A stretch of 64,000 bases of DNA from a virus (Duplodnaviria; Caudoviricetes). Position 1 is the stretch's first letter. Every line of letters starts with the position of its first letter. The translations under genes and the position numbers were made by a program. Shown here piece after piece: positions 54,375 through 64,000 of the stretch. The notes beneath the pieces were generated by a model. It saw only the letters and a list, made by a program, of their open reading frames with translations. It had not been told where the DNA came from and did no database searches. The stretch is taken from the IMG/VR virus record IMGVR_UViG_3300047567_000025, positions 148,264-212,263 of that record; one strand, 5' to 3'.

Positions 54375-56141
54375 ATGAACGAAATGTCAAATCAGGAAAT
54401 GGAAATAATGGGATATGAGCCAGTGTATGATTATACACAATATTCACATGACAAGCATGTTAACGTCATTCCAGAAAAAGATTTTAAGAAACTCATACAA
54501 GATACTTTTGAAACAATATCTGATGTTATGAGAAGTACTTATGGTCCATATGGTTCAACAATAGTTATATCGGATCAGAACGAAACAACTACTACAAAAG
54601 ATGGTTTTAATGTATTTGAAGCAATGGGTTTCTCGCATCATTACAAGAGAATGGTTTATCTTGCAATAAAAAAGATATGTGAACGAGTCAATAGAAATGT
54701 TGGTGATGGAACAACATCATGTATTCTTCTCGCGGATAAAATGTTCAGAAAAATATCTGATATCATTAAAACTCCAGATGATAAACGAACATGTCTGTTA
54801 ATTCTCAATGACATTGAAGCAGATCTTCTTAATCCAAGCTATATTAATGAAGATACTGCAAGTGGTCGTATCGGTAAGCTGTCACGTTCTTCGATGAAAA
54901 ATTTGATTTCTCTCGCTGGAAATTATGACAATGACTTAACTAACATACTGATGGATGCTTTTCATCCAGAATATGATGATAATGATTACGTTACAAGTAT
55001 TCGCAATGTCGTTGCTGATGTAGAAGTTGATTATTCAGCAGATGCTAATGCAACTTACTCATTTGATTATCTTCCAGGTGATTATCGCATTCGTGTTAAT
55101 ATGGATGATGAATTTGGTTTAGCATTAACGAATACAATAACTCCAGCGAAGATTGCAATATATGATCATGCTTATAATCATACCGATTGGGATAACTTCC
55201 TGAAGAATTACGATACAGAAAGTGAATCATTATCAATCATCATTTCACGATCATTCACAAAGGGCTTCATGGATAATGACTATGTTCGTTATATGCATAA
55301 GTGTGCTATTGAGAAGAAACCAGTTATGATATATCTATGCGAGATTAAAGGGGATCACATCCAAAATGAAATAAAAGATCTATCGGCATTACTCGGTACT
55401 GAAGCGAATACACTCGAGTCGATTAAAGCTATCGATCACGAAACGCTTCCTGTTGCAAATGTCCAGATATATAAAGGAAACTGTATGTGCTTCCATCTCG
55501 ATGATAAGACTCCTCCAGAAAAATATATCAAAAAGATTGAACGAGAAATGAATAAAGATCTTTCGAATTCATATATAAAAAGAAGAGAATATCTCGACAG
55601 AATAAAAGCTCTGAGTCTCAAATCAAAGGATACACTCATAACTGTTAAGGGATCATCATCTCTCGAGGTAAAAATGATAACTGATAAGATTGATGATTGT
55701 ACATCAATATGTCAGAGTGCCCTTGTAAATGGCATTGTCCCAAATATGCTCAAATATGTTTATGATCGAATTTCAGAAGCTTCAATTCGATTTGAAAAAG
55801 CAACTATCGAAGATAATATCTACAAGTCTATTTGTGAGTCGATCAAGGGACTCTTTAATGATATTTGGATATCAAAGTATGGCGCCGATGCAAATAACGA
55901 TGACACATTAAATGATGTCCTTGCAGAATTCTATAGTGGAGGATTTAATGTGTCATATGATATCATACAAAATAGATATAAAAAGCCAGAAGAGTTACCA
56001 ACATCAGTGCAGTATGATCTAGAAGTTGTTATAGCAGCAATATCGATTGTTAAATATCTATTGACATCACGTGCATTGATTTTTGATGCAGGACTCCTCC
56101 GAATGACTGGAGATCAGGGTCATTACGAAAAATCTCTATAA
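54375..56141 (+). CDS. groEL: Phage chaperonin (GroEL/TCP-1 fold)
   Basis: STYGPYG, TTKDG, VGDGTTS and NGIVP motifs. Confidence 0.88.
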   Translation: MNEMSNQEMEIMGYEPVYDYTQYSHDKHVNVIPEKDFKKLIQDTFETISDVMRSTYGPYGSTIVISDQNETTTTKDGFNVFEAMGFSHHYKRMVYLAIKKICERVNRNVGDGTTSCILLADKMFRKISDIIKTPDDKRTCLLILNDIEADLLNPSYINEDTASGRIGKLSRSSMKNLISLAGNYDNDLTNILMDAFHPEYDDNDYVTSIRNVVADVEVDYSADANATYSFDYLPGDYRIRVNMDDEFGLALTNTITPAKIAIYDHAYNHTDWDNFLKNYDTESESLSIIISRSFTKGFMDNDYVRYMHKCAIEKKPVMIYLCEIKGDHIQNEIKDLSALLGTEANTLESIKAIDHETLPVANVQIYKGNCMCFHLDDKTPPEKYIKKIEREMNKDLSNSYIKRREYLDRIKALSLKSKDTLITVKGSSSLEVKMITDKIDDCTSICQSALVNGIVPNMLKYVYDRISEASIRFEKATIEDNIYKSICESIKGLFNDIWISKYGADANNDDTLNDVLAEFYSGGFNVSYDIIQNRYKKPEELPTSVQYDLEVVIAAISIVKYLLTSRALIFDAGLLRMTGDQGHYEKSL

Positions 56142-56247
56142 AGAAATTATTGAAGTACATTATTGAGGGCTTTACGCCCTCAATAAAATTCATAATATCC
56201 TCTTTATGTTGAACAGATATGTACTTCAAAAGAGAAAGGGAGATTTT

Positions 56248-58192
56248 ATGAAAACTCTTAAAAACTCTATTTACAAAAATATTGCATCAATATTAGCATC
56301 TGATAAAAAAGAATTTAAAACATCGCAAAATATTGTTTTATTCTCTCGAATAATATCCATGTATCCAAGTAAATCGATATATTGCTTATCTGCTGAACGA
56401 CTGATTTCGTTTATTGAGAAAAATGTTAATAATATATCACTGATCATAGAGGTGATGCGTGATGAAGGTGAAGATGATGAAATAGTATCAACGATTGATA
56501 TGCTTAACAAGCAGCCAACTATCAACACATCTTCAGAAGTGACTAGCTTATGTCTTATATTATCTGATTATATCAAATATGCTAAGATATTAAAAGCCAA
56601 GAATTCATTTATCAGCACACTTGATATGCTTAACGAAGATGAAGATCCTGCAAATTTAAAAGAGCAAATCGATGATTTATACAGAATATCAACTGAAATG
56701 GTATCTGCATATAATACAGCAAATATTACATCAGTCAAACATACATTTGACTCAAATGATCCTGACGGTCAAAAGAACGTTATTGCAGAGGCAAAAGATG
56801 TTAATGATCCAAACAAAGTACTTATAACAGGAATACGGGGACTAAATACATTATTATCGCCTGGATATCTATCAGGATGCTTATATATTTATGCTGCATT
56901 GCCTGGTAACTATAAATCAGGTATTTTGTTAGAATCGCATGTTGATGCATGCCGATATAATGAACACATAAAATCAACAACACAAGGAAAAATTCCGATA
57001 TCAATATATATCTCGATGGAGAATACGATGTCACAAACCATACGCCGTCTGTGGTCTCTATTATTTCCGGCAGCCGACATGTCAATGTATACTGTTGATG
57101 AGATACAGCAAATGATGGAATCTGCTTTAACAGAAAAGGGATTTCGTTCTGTTATATTGTATTATGGATATCGAGAAAAGTCAACTGCTGATATAGCAAA
57201 TATAATCCGATCATTTAATGATGACACTCACGAAGTCGTTTGTCTGTTCTTAGACTACATTAAGCGAATCAGACCTGCACGTACTGATGTTGCAGCAATC
57301 TCTTCCGAGAAATCGGAATTAAATGCTATAATGAATGAATTAAAACTAATATGTTCACAATTCAATATACCGATCATATCAGGACATCAGTTGAATAGAC
57401 AAGCTGCACAGGCTGTCGATGCTATTGTTCTAAATGGTGGATATACTAAGACAAACGAAGTTCTTGGAAGAAGCCAGGTCGGCACTGCGTTAACAGCCGA
57501 CGTTAAACTAAACGGCGCCGCATAATAGTAATATTATGATGAAAAATCAATTTAAAACGGGGACCTCGTAAAGTAATGTCGAGAGACATGGCAGAGAATC
57601 CGTTACCAATCCTATTATTGATTCATAAAGCGATACGGCATCAATACAAATATATTTAAAAGGTTTCAATAATAAGGAAGGTTCAACGACTATCGAAACT
57701 AAAGGCCATTACTATTCGGGAGAATACGGCAAAATAATGAATGTTACTATAACATTCTAAAAGTAGTAGAGTAGAGCCAAGCGGTTTGGGTTTAGAGCAA
57801 TAATCTTGTAATACCCAATTAAATCGAAAATATTGATATCCTATGTTGGGATAATTAAATAGTCTTGTATCTCATTATAATAGTGAGGAAGTTCATAAGA
57901 GAACTGCATGGTGCAGCGAACCATGTGAAAGATCGGGGAAATTATGGAGGTTGCAGACTGGCTGGGCATAATGAATATTGAGAACAATGGAGAAAATAAA
58001 TTCTTAATGGTAAAAGCAGCTAAACAGCGTGACAAGGTCACTGATGAAAATTCACCAGATATATCTGCTATTAGGCATCCATTTATATCATCAGATTCGT
58101 TTGCTCTAAAATTGGATATAAATGAAAATGTAAGTTTGTCTATACCTATATATGCCGGAAAGCAGACTACTAATTTTATGGCAAATATTTAA
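56248..58192 (+). CDS. dnaB: DnaB-like replicative helicase; spliced join(56248..57490,57936..58192), ~499 aa
   Basis: ALPGNYKS, YISME, FLDY and HQLNR motifs; the splice restores SQVGTA-W-EIMEVADW. Confidence 0.85.
57491..57935 (+). ncRNA. Group I intron (ORF-less, 445 nt) in the helicase gene
   Basis: U|...G boundaries rebuild a TGG codon; TCAACGACTAT (~57683-57693) and ATAGTC (57859) form P7; 3' module shared with the rpoB intron. Confidence 0.85.
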
Positions 58193-58290
58193 TAAATACA
58201 TCAAATAAATTATATTTTCAAACATATATAATTTATTCGAAAGGAGTACACATCATTGTACTTCTTGAAAGAATAAAGGAGGAATTATAA

Positions 58291-58920
58291 ATGAACATGA
58301 TTTTGCAACAGTATCAGTCCAGAGTTCTAGCACCACAGGAGCCTGTTGATTATTCAGCAGCTATTATGCAATCATATCCACCGCAAGCTGTACAGATGGA
58401 ACCTTTCATAGGTTTCAAGGTTTTATGTCGTGACACGAATGCGTTGTCTACATCTCCTGCAGATCGTATCAGACAGATTGACATGAATCTTGGTATCTTG
58501 AGAGGAAAAGGCTGTATTATCAGAGAGACATCATCTTCAATGCCAGATGGATTCTGGATCATATCAATGCCAGTACCAAGAAGTCAGGTGAATACAGCTA
58601 TCAATAATCTCATGGATGTTATCGTATCGATGGAACAATACTTTGGTATTGTTCGCCATGGATTATTTGAGATTAATGTATCTGGTCGATGCAATATTGC
58701 AGAGACTGAGCGTTGTCTTAGTGCTTTAACAATTCCGATGCGCTATATGAGCGCACTTATCGAACCAACTGATACAGCATATCGTCTTGGCCATGTTATT
58801 CGAATTAATGATAATTTCATGGTGTTAAGAACACGATGGAATCTTCAAATACAGAATAATATGATGAATTATGAGGATCTTGTAGTGCTCTCACAGTTAA
58901 TTTCCACAATGTTTAAGTAA
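58291..58920 (+). CDS. Hypothetical protein
   Basis: 209 aa; AGGAGG RBS; Q/P-rich N-terminus. Confidence 0.75.
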   Translation: MNMILQQYQSRVLAPQEPVDYSAAIMQSYPPQAVQMEPFIGFKVLCRDTNALSTSPADRIRQIDMNLGILRGKGCIIRETSSSMPDGFWIISMPVPRSQVNTAINNLMDVIVSMEQYFGIVRHGLFEINVSGRCNIAETERCLSALTIPMRYMSALIEPTDTAYRLGHVIRINDNFMVLRTRWNLQIQNNMMNYEDLVVLSQLISTMFK

Positions 58921-58955
58921 TCAAAAATCAAATTAAATCATAGGAGGACAAAATT

Positions 58956-59723
58956 ATGTATAATCCAGATTATCCAATCGCATCAGGTACCGGCTTTATT
59001 CAGCATACCTACAAACCTTTCGAGCAGCAGCATCAGAATGAATATTTCTATTATAATGGCATGGGTGCTGTTAATCCTTTTGATAACAACAATACTATGG
59101 CAGATTCACGTAGAAATATGGGATACCCACAGCAGCAGTATGGCTGTTATGGTGCTCCAATGTCAATGCCTATGCCAATGTCAGCACAGCCTAATTTTTC
59201 AAATAATCAGACAATACCTGAAGCAAATGTAGTTCCATTTGGAACATATCCACCAGTACCTACAGCAACCGCAGGTGTTCCAGCTTTTAATGCGTTAGTA
59301 GAATCAAGAAGAAATGCGTCTGCAGTTGCAAATTGTTCGAATCCGTGGGCTACAAATCAGCAGCAGATACCTACAGCAGTTGCACAGCCAACTCAGACAA
59401 TGCCAACTCAGACAATGCCTACACAGCAGGCTTCATATTTCAATCAGTATTGTGCTGATTTTAGAAATCCGAACGCTGCAATTGAAATGAATGCTTCTGC
59501 ATTATATGGAAATGGACTGACTTGCTTTGATAGAAAATCCGGTTGCTGGGAAAATAATTATACAGCAGGTAGAACAATTCCAACACCAGCAGTCGACTGG
59601 AGAGCTAGTACTGCTGAAAATCAGTATCAATCACAGATGTATTTCCCAGCAGCACAATATCCAAAGACAAATACTAGCTGGTCAGAGTTAGCTAAAAATA
59701 ATTGGAGCAATTGCAATATCTAA
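58956..59723 (+). CDS. Q/N/P/Y-rich low-complexity protein related to the 49362 and 51214 genes
   Basis: DSRRNMG, ESRRN, VVPFGTYP and PTQTM repeats. Confidence 0.8.
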   Translation: MYNPDYPIASGTGFIQHTYKPFEQQHQNEYFYYNGMGAVNPFDNNNTMADSRRNMGYPQQQYGCYGAPMSMPMPMSAQPNFSNNQTIPEANVVPFGTYPPVPTATAGVPAFNALVESRRNASAVANCSNPWATNQQQIPTAVAQPTQTMPTQTMPTQQASYFNQYCADFRNPNAAIEMNASALYGNGLTCFDRKSGCWENNYTAGRTIPTPAVDWRASTAENQYQSQMYFPAAQYPKTNTSWSELAKNNWSNCNI

Positions 59724-59744
59724 AAAGCAAGGGAGTGCGGATAA

Positions 59745-60584
59745 ATGCAAGAAGCTACTCGTGTTTTTCGTTCTCGTTTAAATACCTTGCCGATTGAAAT
59801 GAAAATTAAAATCGGAGAGGTTTCATTTCAAAAAGGAATGTTAGCATCACATCGAAAAAATAGAATTATTGAAATACTCAATGAATATAAAATTCCATTT
59901 CTTGAAGTAGGTACGGGAACGAATCGGTTTATCATTAAATATGATGGTTATGCCATTAAAATTGCCCTAGATCGAGAAGGCATAGCTGATAATTCTCAAG
60001 AATGGGCAATCAGCGAAGCATTACAGCCTGATGTAGCGGAAGCATATGAGATAAGTAAAGGAGGCCACCTTTTGGTGGCCTCCTACGCTCCCGCTTTTAC
60101 ATCTCATGCAGAAATGTTTTCATATGCAAGCACAATTAAAAAAATATTATTGAAATGGGGCCAACGATATTTGCTTGGTGATGTCGGTCTCACACGAACA
60201 AATTATGCCAACTGGGGATTAAGTTCTGATGGAAGACCTGTGTGTATTGACTATGCATATATTTTTCCAGCAGGTCTTGATATGTTTAAATGTGTCTGTG
60301 GCAATAAGAATATGGTGTTCTATGATGGAACATATTCAGCGTATAAATGTTCACAATGTGGTCGCAAATATGAAGACCGAGAATTGCGTGCAAAGATTTC
60401 ACAAGAAGAGCGTGAACGATTGTTTTCGCGTGTCAATGGCATCGAAATGACAGAGCCTTGCGAAGAACACGTTATAGATCCGAAATATATTAAATATGAT
60501 GATAATCCTGATGCTCCTGATCCTTATGACACAGCGATGGTTATTGCACAGCAAATGATGGGAAATATTGGGTATCACGAATAA
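59745..60584 (+). CDS. Protein-kinase-like protein with C-terminal zinc ribbon
   Basis: Gly loop VGTGTNR; AIK; alphaC Glu; D...NWG catalytic loop; IDY; CVC...CSQC. Confidence 0.7.
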   Translation: MQEATRVFRSRLNTLPIEMKIKIGEVSFQKGMLASHRKNRIIEILNEYKIPFLEVGTGTNRFIIKYDGYAIKIALDREGIADNSQEWAISEALQPDVAEAYEISKGGHLLVASYAPAFTSHAEMFSYASTIKKILLKWGQRYLLGDVGLTRTNYANWGLSSDGRPVCIDYAYIFPAGLDMFKCVCGNKNMVFYDGTYSAYKCSQCGRKYEDRELRAKISQEERERLFSRVNGIEMTEPCEEHVIDPKYIKYDDNPDAPDPYDTAMVIAQQMMGNIGYHE

Positions 60585-60607
60585 CAAATATTTTAGGGAG
60601 TGATAAA

Positions 60608-61069
60608 ATGCATTATTCAAAATTATTAAAAACAAATAGCACTTATAATGCTAATACCATTAAAGAAACTGAGCCAAATATAGAGTTACCAGAAACAGAA
60701 CTCAGCGATGATGAAATTGCTGAAGTTTTGTCTGAACTGATGCGTTTGCAAGAGGAATATTTTAGTGATATTCCTCTCGCAAAAGAACTATGTAAACAAT
60801 TTATGTGGAATATACCACATGATGCATATAAAGCTTTTATAGAAGCAAAATTGCGTGACGAGCCATTAATATTAAATCCGATTGCATTATTTTATATATT
60901 CTGCACTGACAATGTTGGTGATGCAATGGGAAAATTTATTAGTATCCTACTATCTTCTCTCAATGATACTGATGACGCATACAATCGTATTGCTAAATTG
61001 TCAGATGAATATGATGAGTTGATGAGTTACACTGAAGAAGATGAAGAAGAAGAAGAAGCATCTGAATAA
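60608..61069 (+). CDS. Hypothetical acidic protein
   Basis: 153-aa ORF with GGGAGTG RBS. Confidence 0.7.
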   Translation: MHYSKLLKTNSTYNANTIKETEPNIELPETELSDDEIAEVLSELMRLQEEYFSDIPLAKELCKQFMWNIPHDAYKAFIEAKLRDEPLILNPIALFYIFCTDNVGDAMGKFISILLSSLNDTDDAYNRIAKLSDEYDELMSYTEEDEEEEEASE

Positions 61070-61171
61070 CCGGATTCGAAATACACATAACAACCAACTC
61101 ATCTATCAAAGACAAATATATGGTAGCTGTGTCTTCTATGAGATTGGGTAAAGTAATGCTAATGAAAGGTC

Positions 61172-62074
61172 GTGATCCATTTGATAGTGACATCAAAGCG
61201 ATGTTATCTAAATATATTAACGCAGTTGTGTGATGCCAATACATTACTAAATGCGAATTATTATATGCTAGATATAACTTCTCCTGATGGAAATGTGCAT
61301 ATTTCAGATGGTCTGAAATATGATGATAATGGTCAACTTACAGTCACAAATGATACCATAGAAGTTAGCCCAGTAACAATCAATCAGTATTATATCAAGT
61401 ACGGTAACCGAGAGCTTGATCCTGCTCCGTTTGTAACAACCACACTAATGTGTACTAAAAATGAATTCAATGATCCATATTCATTGTTTCAGAAGCATCT
61501 TAATAATACTGATACTATGTTAGCTGTGTATGAATTTATATTTCGTCACGAATTACGTGGTAATAAATTACAGATATTAATAATATCCGATGATGAAACT
61601 GTGTGTGATTTTGGAGATATGATATGTCAATATCTAGCACATAACTTTGGTGCAGATATAACATTTATAGATCCATCATATAGACCGAATGTACACGGTC
61701 AATCAACGTATACTGGTGATAAAGCTTTTGCACAGAAAAATATACAAGATATACGTGACGCTCAGTTAGTAATCGCATTTAACCAAATATTATCACAAAC
61801 AGGATATGATGAGAGTTTATCTAATTTGACAGTTTGGCTAAATGCATTTGATTTCAATAATCTAATCCATTTATATAATTTGCTGTTTAGTAATGATCCT
61901 TTACCTCCCGATAACTATACAGCGGATCATATTAAACAAATCATAATAGGAAGAGTTGCACAGACATTGCCAAAAAATAGCAACCCTTTCCAAAATTTAT
62001 ACATGTCGGATGAGTATTTCAAACTACTCGAAAAATATGAAGCCAATGAAGAAGTATTCGATGACGTTTTATGA
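61172..62074 (+). CDS. Hypothetical protein
   Basis: 300-aa ORF followed by a terminator at ~62088-62110. Confidence 0.7.
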   Translation: MIHLIVTSKRCYLNILTQLCDANTLLNANYYMLDITSPDGNVHISDGLKYDDNGQLTVTNDTIEVSPVTINQYYIKYGNRELDPAPFVTTTLMCTKNEFNDPYSLFQKHLNNTDTMLAVYEFIFRHELRGNKLQILIISDDETVCDFGDMICQYLAHNFGADITFIDPSYRPNVHGQSTYTGDKAFAQKNIQDIRDAQLVIAFNQILSQTGYDESLSNLTVWLNAFDFNNLIHLYNLLFSNDPLPPDNYTADHIKQIIIGRVAQTLPKNSNPFQNLYMSDEYFKLLEKYEANEEVFDDVL

Positions 62075-62127
62075 TCATATTATTATTTCGGGGGAAAATA
62101 TTCCCCCGATTATTTTTTTTGTAAGGA

Positions 62128-63693
62128 GTGTTTAGATTGATGAATAGTCAGTATAAAGCGCAGAATCCTATGTCAGAGTATCTATTAAAAATACAGCTCA
62201 TCATTAATCATACTGAATTCAAAAATAAAGCTGAGGCTGATAAGTATGAAACGATGAAATCTAAAACTGCAGGAGGTGCATATGTTCGTGCTGTACTAAA
62301 AACAGATACATTTGAATCATATCAATATGATGGAAGAGTGGTACATTCATTGTTATCCGCTAATGGAATATCAGATGATAAGATATTTTATTATATTAAC
62401 AATCCCCAGATGATGCCACAAAAATTCAAAGATGTATTACTACAGCAGGCCAGGGATACACTCATAGAAAGCTATAATGAACAGAATAAATACTATATGA
62501 CATTGACAGGTAAACCTTTTCAAGGAAACTCTACTACAGCTGCAGATAAGGTGCTAACAATACCAGATGATTTTTATAATCTATATCAACTTGATGGTGT
62601 CTTACAGCGTAATGAGCCTGTCCATGAAATGCCGGCAAAATATCAGGAGCTATTTATGAATTCTGAGTATTATGCGAAAATGGTTGAAGAAAACCCAGAT
62701 GCTAGATATCTACAATATATAGGCACAAATGCTATACCAATATATGTGTCACGACCCACGCGTGATGGAGATATTATGCGTATTCAAACTAATAAACTTT
62801 CGACATACAATGATATCTTTGGAAATATAACAGTATCACCTAATATAATTCATAAGTTCACAAACGTATATCAGGAAACACGTAATTATGTATATGATAC
62901 TCTACGGGGTGATTTCTCATCTATATATCCAAATTATGATTCTTTTATTAGATTTTTGACGATATACTTATCTATCGGCAATTCCTTAAATGAATTTATG
63001 AAACAATCAACATCAATGGCATATATGAATAATGTAACAGCAAATAATTTTTTCATGTTGTATGGACTTCCATCTGTAATTATGGAAGGATCATCAATGA
63101 TAAACTTCTTAAAAAAATTTAGGTTAATATTAGCAGATAAAGGAACAAATGTTGTCTATCGTGTTAAAGACCTGATAGGATACGAATACACCGATATATA
63201 CACGCTTGTGATGGTAAAGCAGCAAGTATTTGAAAATGGAATTCCTGTATATCAAATTGATGATAATGGTATCAAAACCCCTAAGCAAGAAATATTCTTT
63301 CGTCGTTTAGGAACAACCGATGACAATACTTCTTATTTTAAATTTAGAGATAGTGATACTTCATATACAGTAGATGAAATAACATCAGGTGACCCGCGCT
63401 GGTGGAATACCCCTGAGGTAGAACAGATGTTACAAGAAATGAATTACACTTTATCTAATTCGAAATACATACAACTGTCAACTCATCTATCAATGACAGA
63501 TATATGGTGGCAATGTGTTATCCTATTGCGAGGTCTTCTAGATAGAAAGCAAGAGACACAATTCACATTATTGAATCTTAATTTCAATATAAATGGTGTC
63601 TCTGAGATATCCATATTTGACGCAGTTCTTATGCTTGTTATTCTGATGGATTGGCATCTTAAAGATGTAAATGGCAATATAGATGGCTGGTAA
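62128..63693 (+). CDS. Probable large virion/baseplate protein, apparently continuing in another frame
   Basis: 521 aa; ADKGT motif; a different frame is open from 63683 to the window end. Confidence 0.55.
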   Translation: MFRLMNSQYKAQNPMSEYLLKIQLIINHTEFKNKAEADKYETMKSKTAGGAYVRAVLKTDTFESYQYDGRVVHSLLSANGISDDKIFYYINNPQMMPQKFKDVLLQQARDTLIESYNEQNKYYMTLTGKPFQGNSTTAADKVLTIPDDFYNLYQLDGVLQRNEPVHEMPAKYQELFMNSEYYAKMVEENPDARYLQYIGTNAIPIYVSRPTRDGDIMRIQTNKLSTYNDIFGNITVSPNIIHKFTNVYQETRNYVYDTLRGDFSSIYPNYDSFIRFLTIYLSIGNSLNEFMKQSTSMAYMNNVTANNFFMLYGLPSVIMEGSSMINFLKKFRLILADKGTNVVYRVKDLIGYEYTDIYTLVMVKQQVFENGIPVYQIDDNGIKTPKQEIFFRRLGTTDDNTSYFKFRDSDTSYTVDEITSGDPRWWNTPEVEQMLQEMNYTLSNSKYIQLSTHLSMTDIWWQCVILLRGLLDRKQETQFTLLNLNFNINGVSEISIFDAVLMLVILMDWHLKDVNGNIDGW

Positions 63694-64000
63694 TATATAT
63701 CTTCCAAATGGAACATATGATGGGAAAGCTGTATGTCTTGATTTATTGTTTAATGGTCTAAATTCCGATGGTTCTCCTAAAGAGCTCATTTTAGGATTAC
63801 CATATAAAATATCATCTTTTAATTTTAAAATCAGGGAAGAAAAACGAGAATTTTATAATTCAATAAAACTAATGAGCTATATTAATCCTGATGAATTCTT
63901 GCCAATGTTGGATGTTATTCTTGATAGGGAATATAATAATATTGGAGAAGTACTAATGACTGATGTCAGAACAATATACAGAATATTTTGGAAAATAAAC
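63683..64000 (+). CDS. Partial ORF (MAGNIYLPNGTYDGK...), likely frameshifted continuation of the 62128 gene
   Basis: Open to the window edge; no RBS; overlaps the upstream stop. Confidence 0.45.
   Translation, partial: MAGNIYLPNGTYDGKAVCLDLLFNGLNSDGSPKELILGLPYKISSFNFKIREEKREFYNSIKLMSYINPDEFLPMLDVILDREYNNIGEVLMTDVRTIYRIFWKIN

Noticed and set aside
57944-58192. Independent 82-aa gene, or helicase pseudogene
   Set aside because: Explained as exon 2 of the intron-split helicase.
1-64000. Alternative genetic code (stop-codon reassignment)
   Set aside because: Long genes are intact in the standard code, and the breaks are explained by introns or one indel.

Overview
AT-rich, gene-dense segment of a jumbo bacteriophage genome of the phiKZ/AR9(PBS1)-like type, meaning it encodes its own split multisubunit RNA polymerase. 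Strong AGGAGG-type RBSs suggest a Bacillota host (inference). It encodes replication and repair proteins (PolB subunit, SSB-like protein, primase, DnaB-type helicase, RecA/UvsX, SbcD, NAD ligase, dCMP deaminase), RNAP beta and beta' halves, a candidate sigma-like subunit, a chaperonin, an ABC transporter, tRNA-Leu(TAA) and minus-strand blocks of probable virion genes. Highlights: (1) two ORF-less group I introns (in rpoB-N and in the helicase) with splice sites readable to the nucleotide and a shared 42-nt 3' module; (2) a plus-strand cluster of three Y/Q/N-rich prion-like proteins sharing short motifs ([DE]SRR, YGYGYADN, VVPFGTYP), near a Ser/Thr-kinase-like gene, the chaperonin and a catalytically dead Dda-like helicase, which is a candidate phosphorylation-regulated condensate or viral-factory system; (3) a ~150-bp promoter/hairpin repeat array before primase, with a fifth copy before rpoB; (4) a 16-bp phage promoter motif; (5) a candidate structured ncRNA after the tRNA; (6) recurring [VIFY]QE motifs that may be head-protease sites. 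All calls come from reading motifs by eye; no database searches were run.
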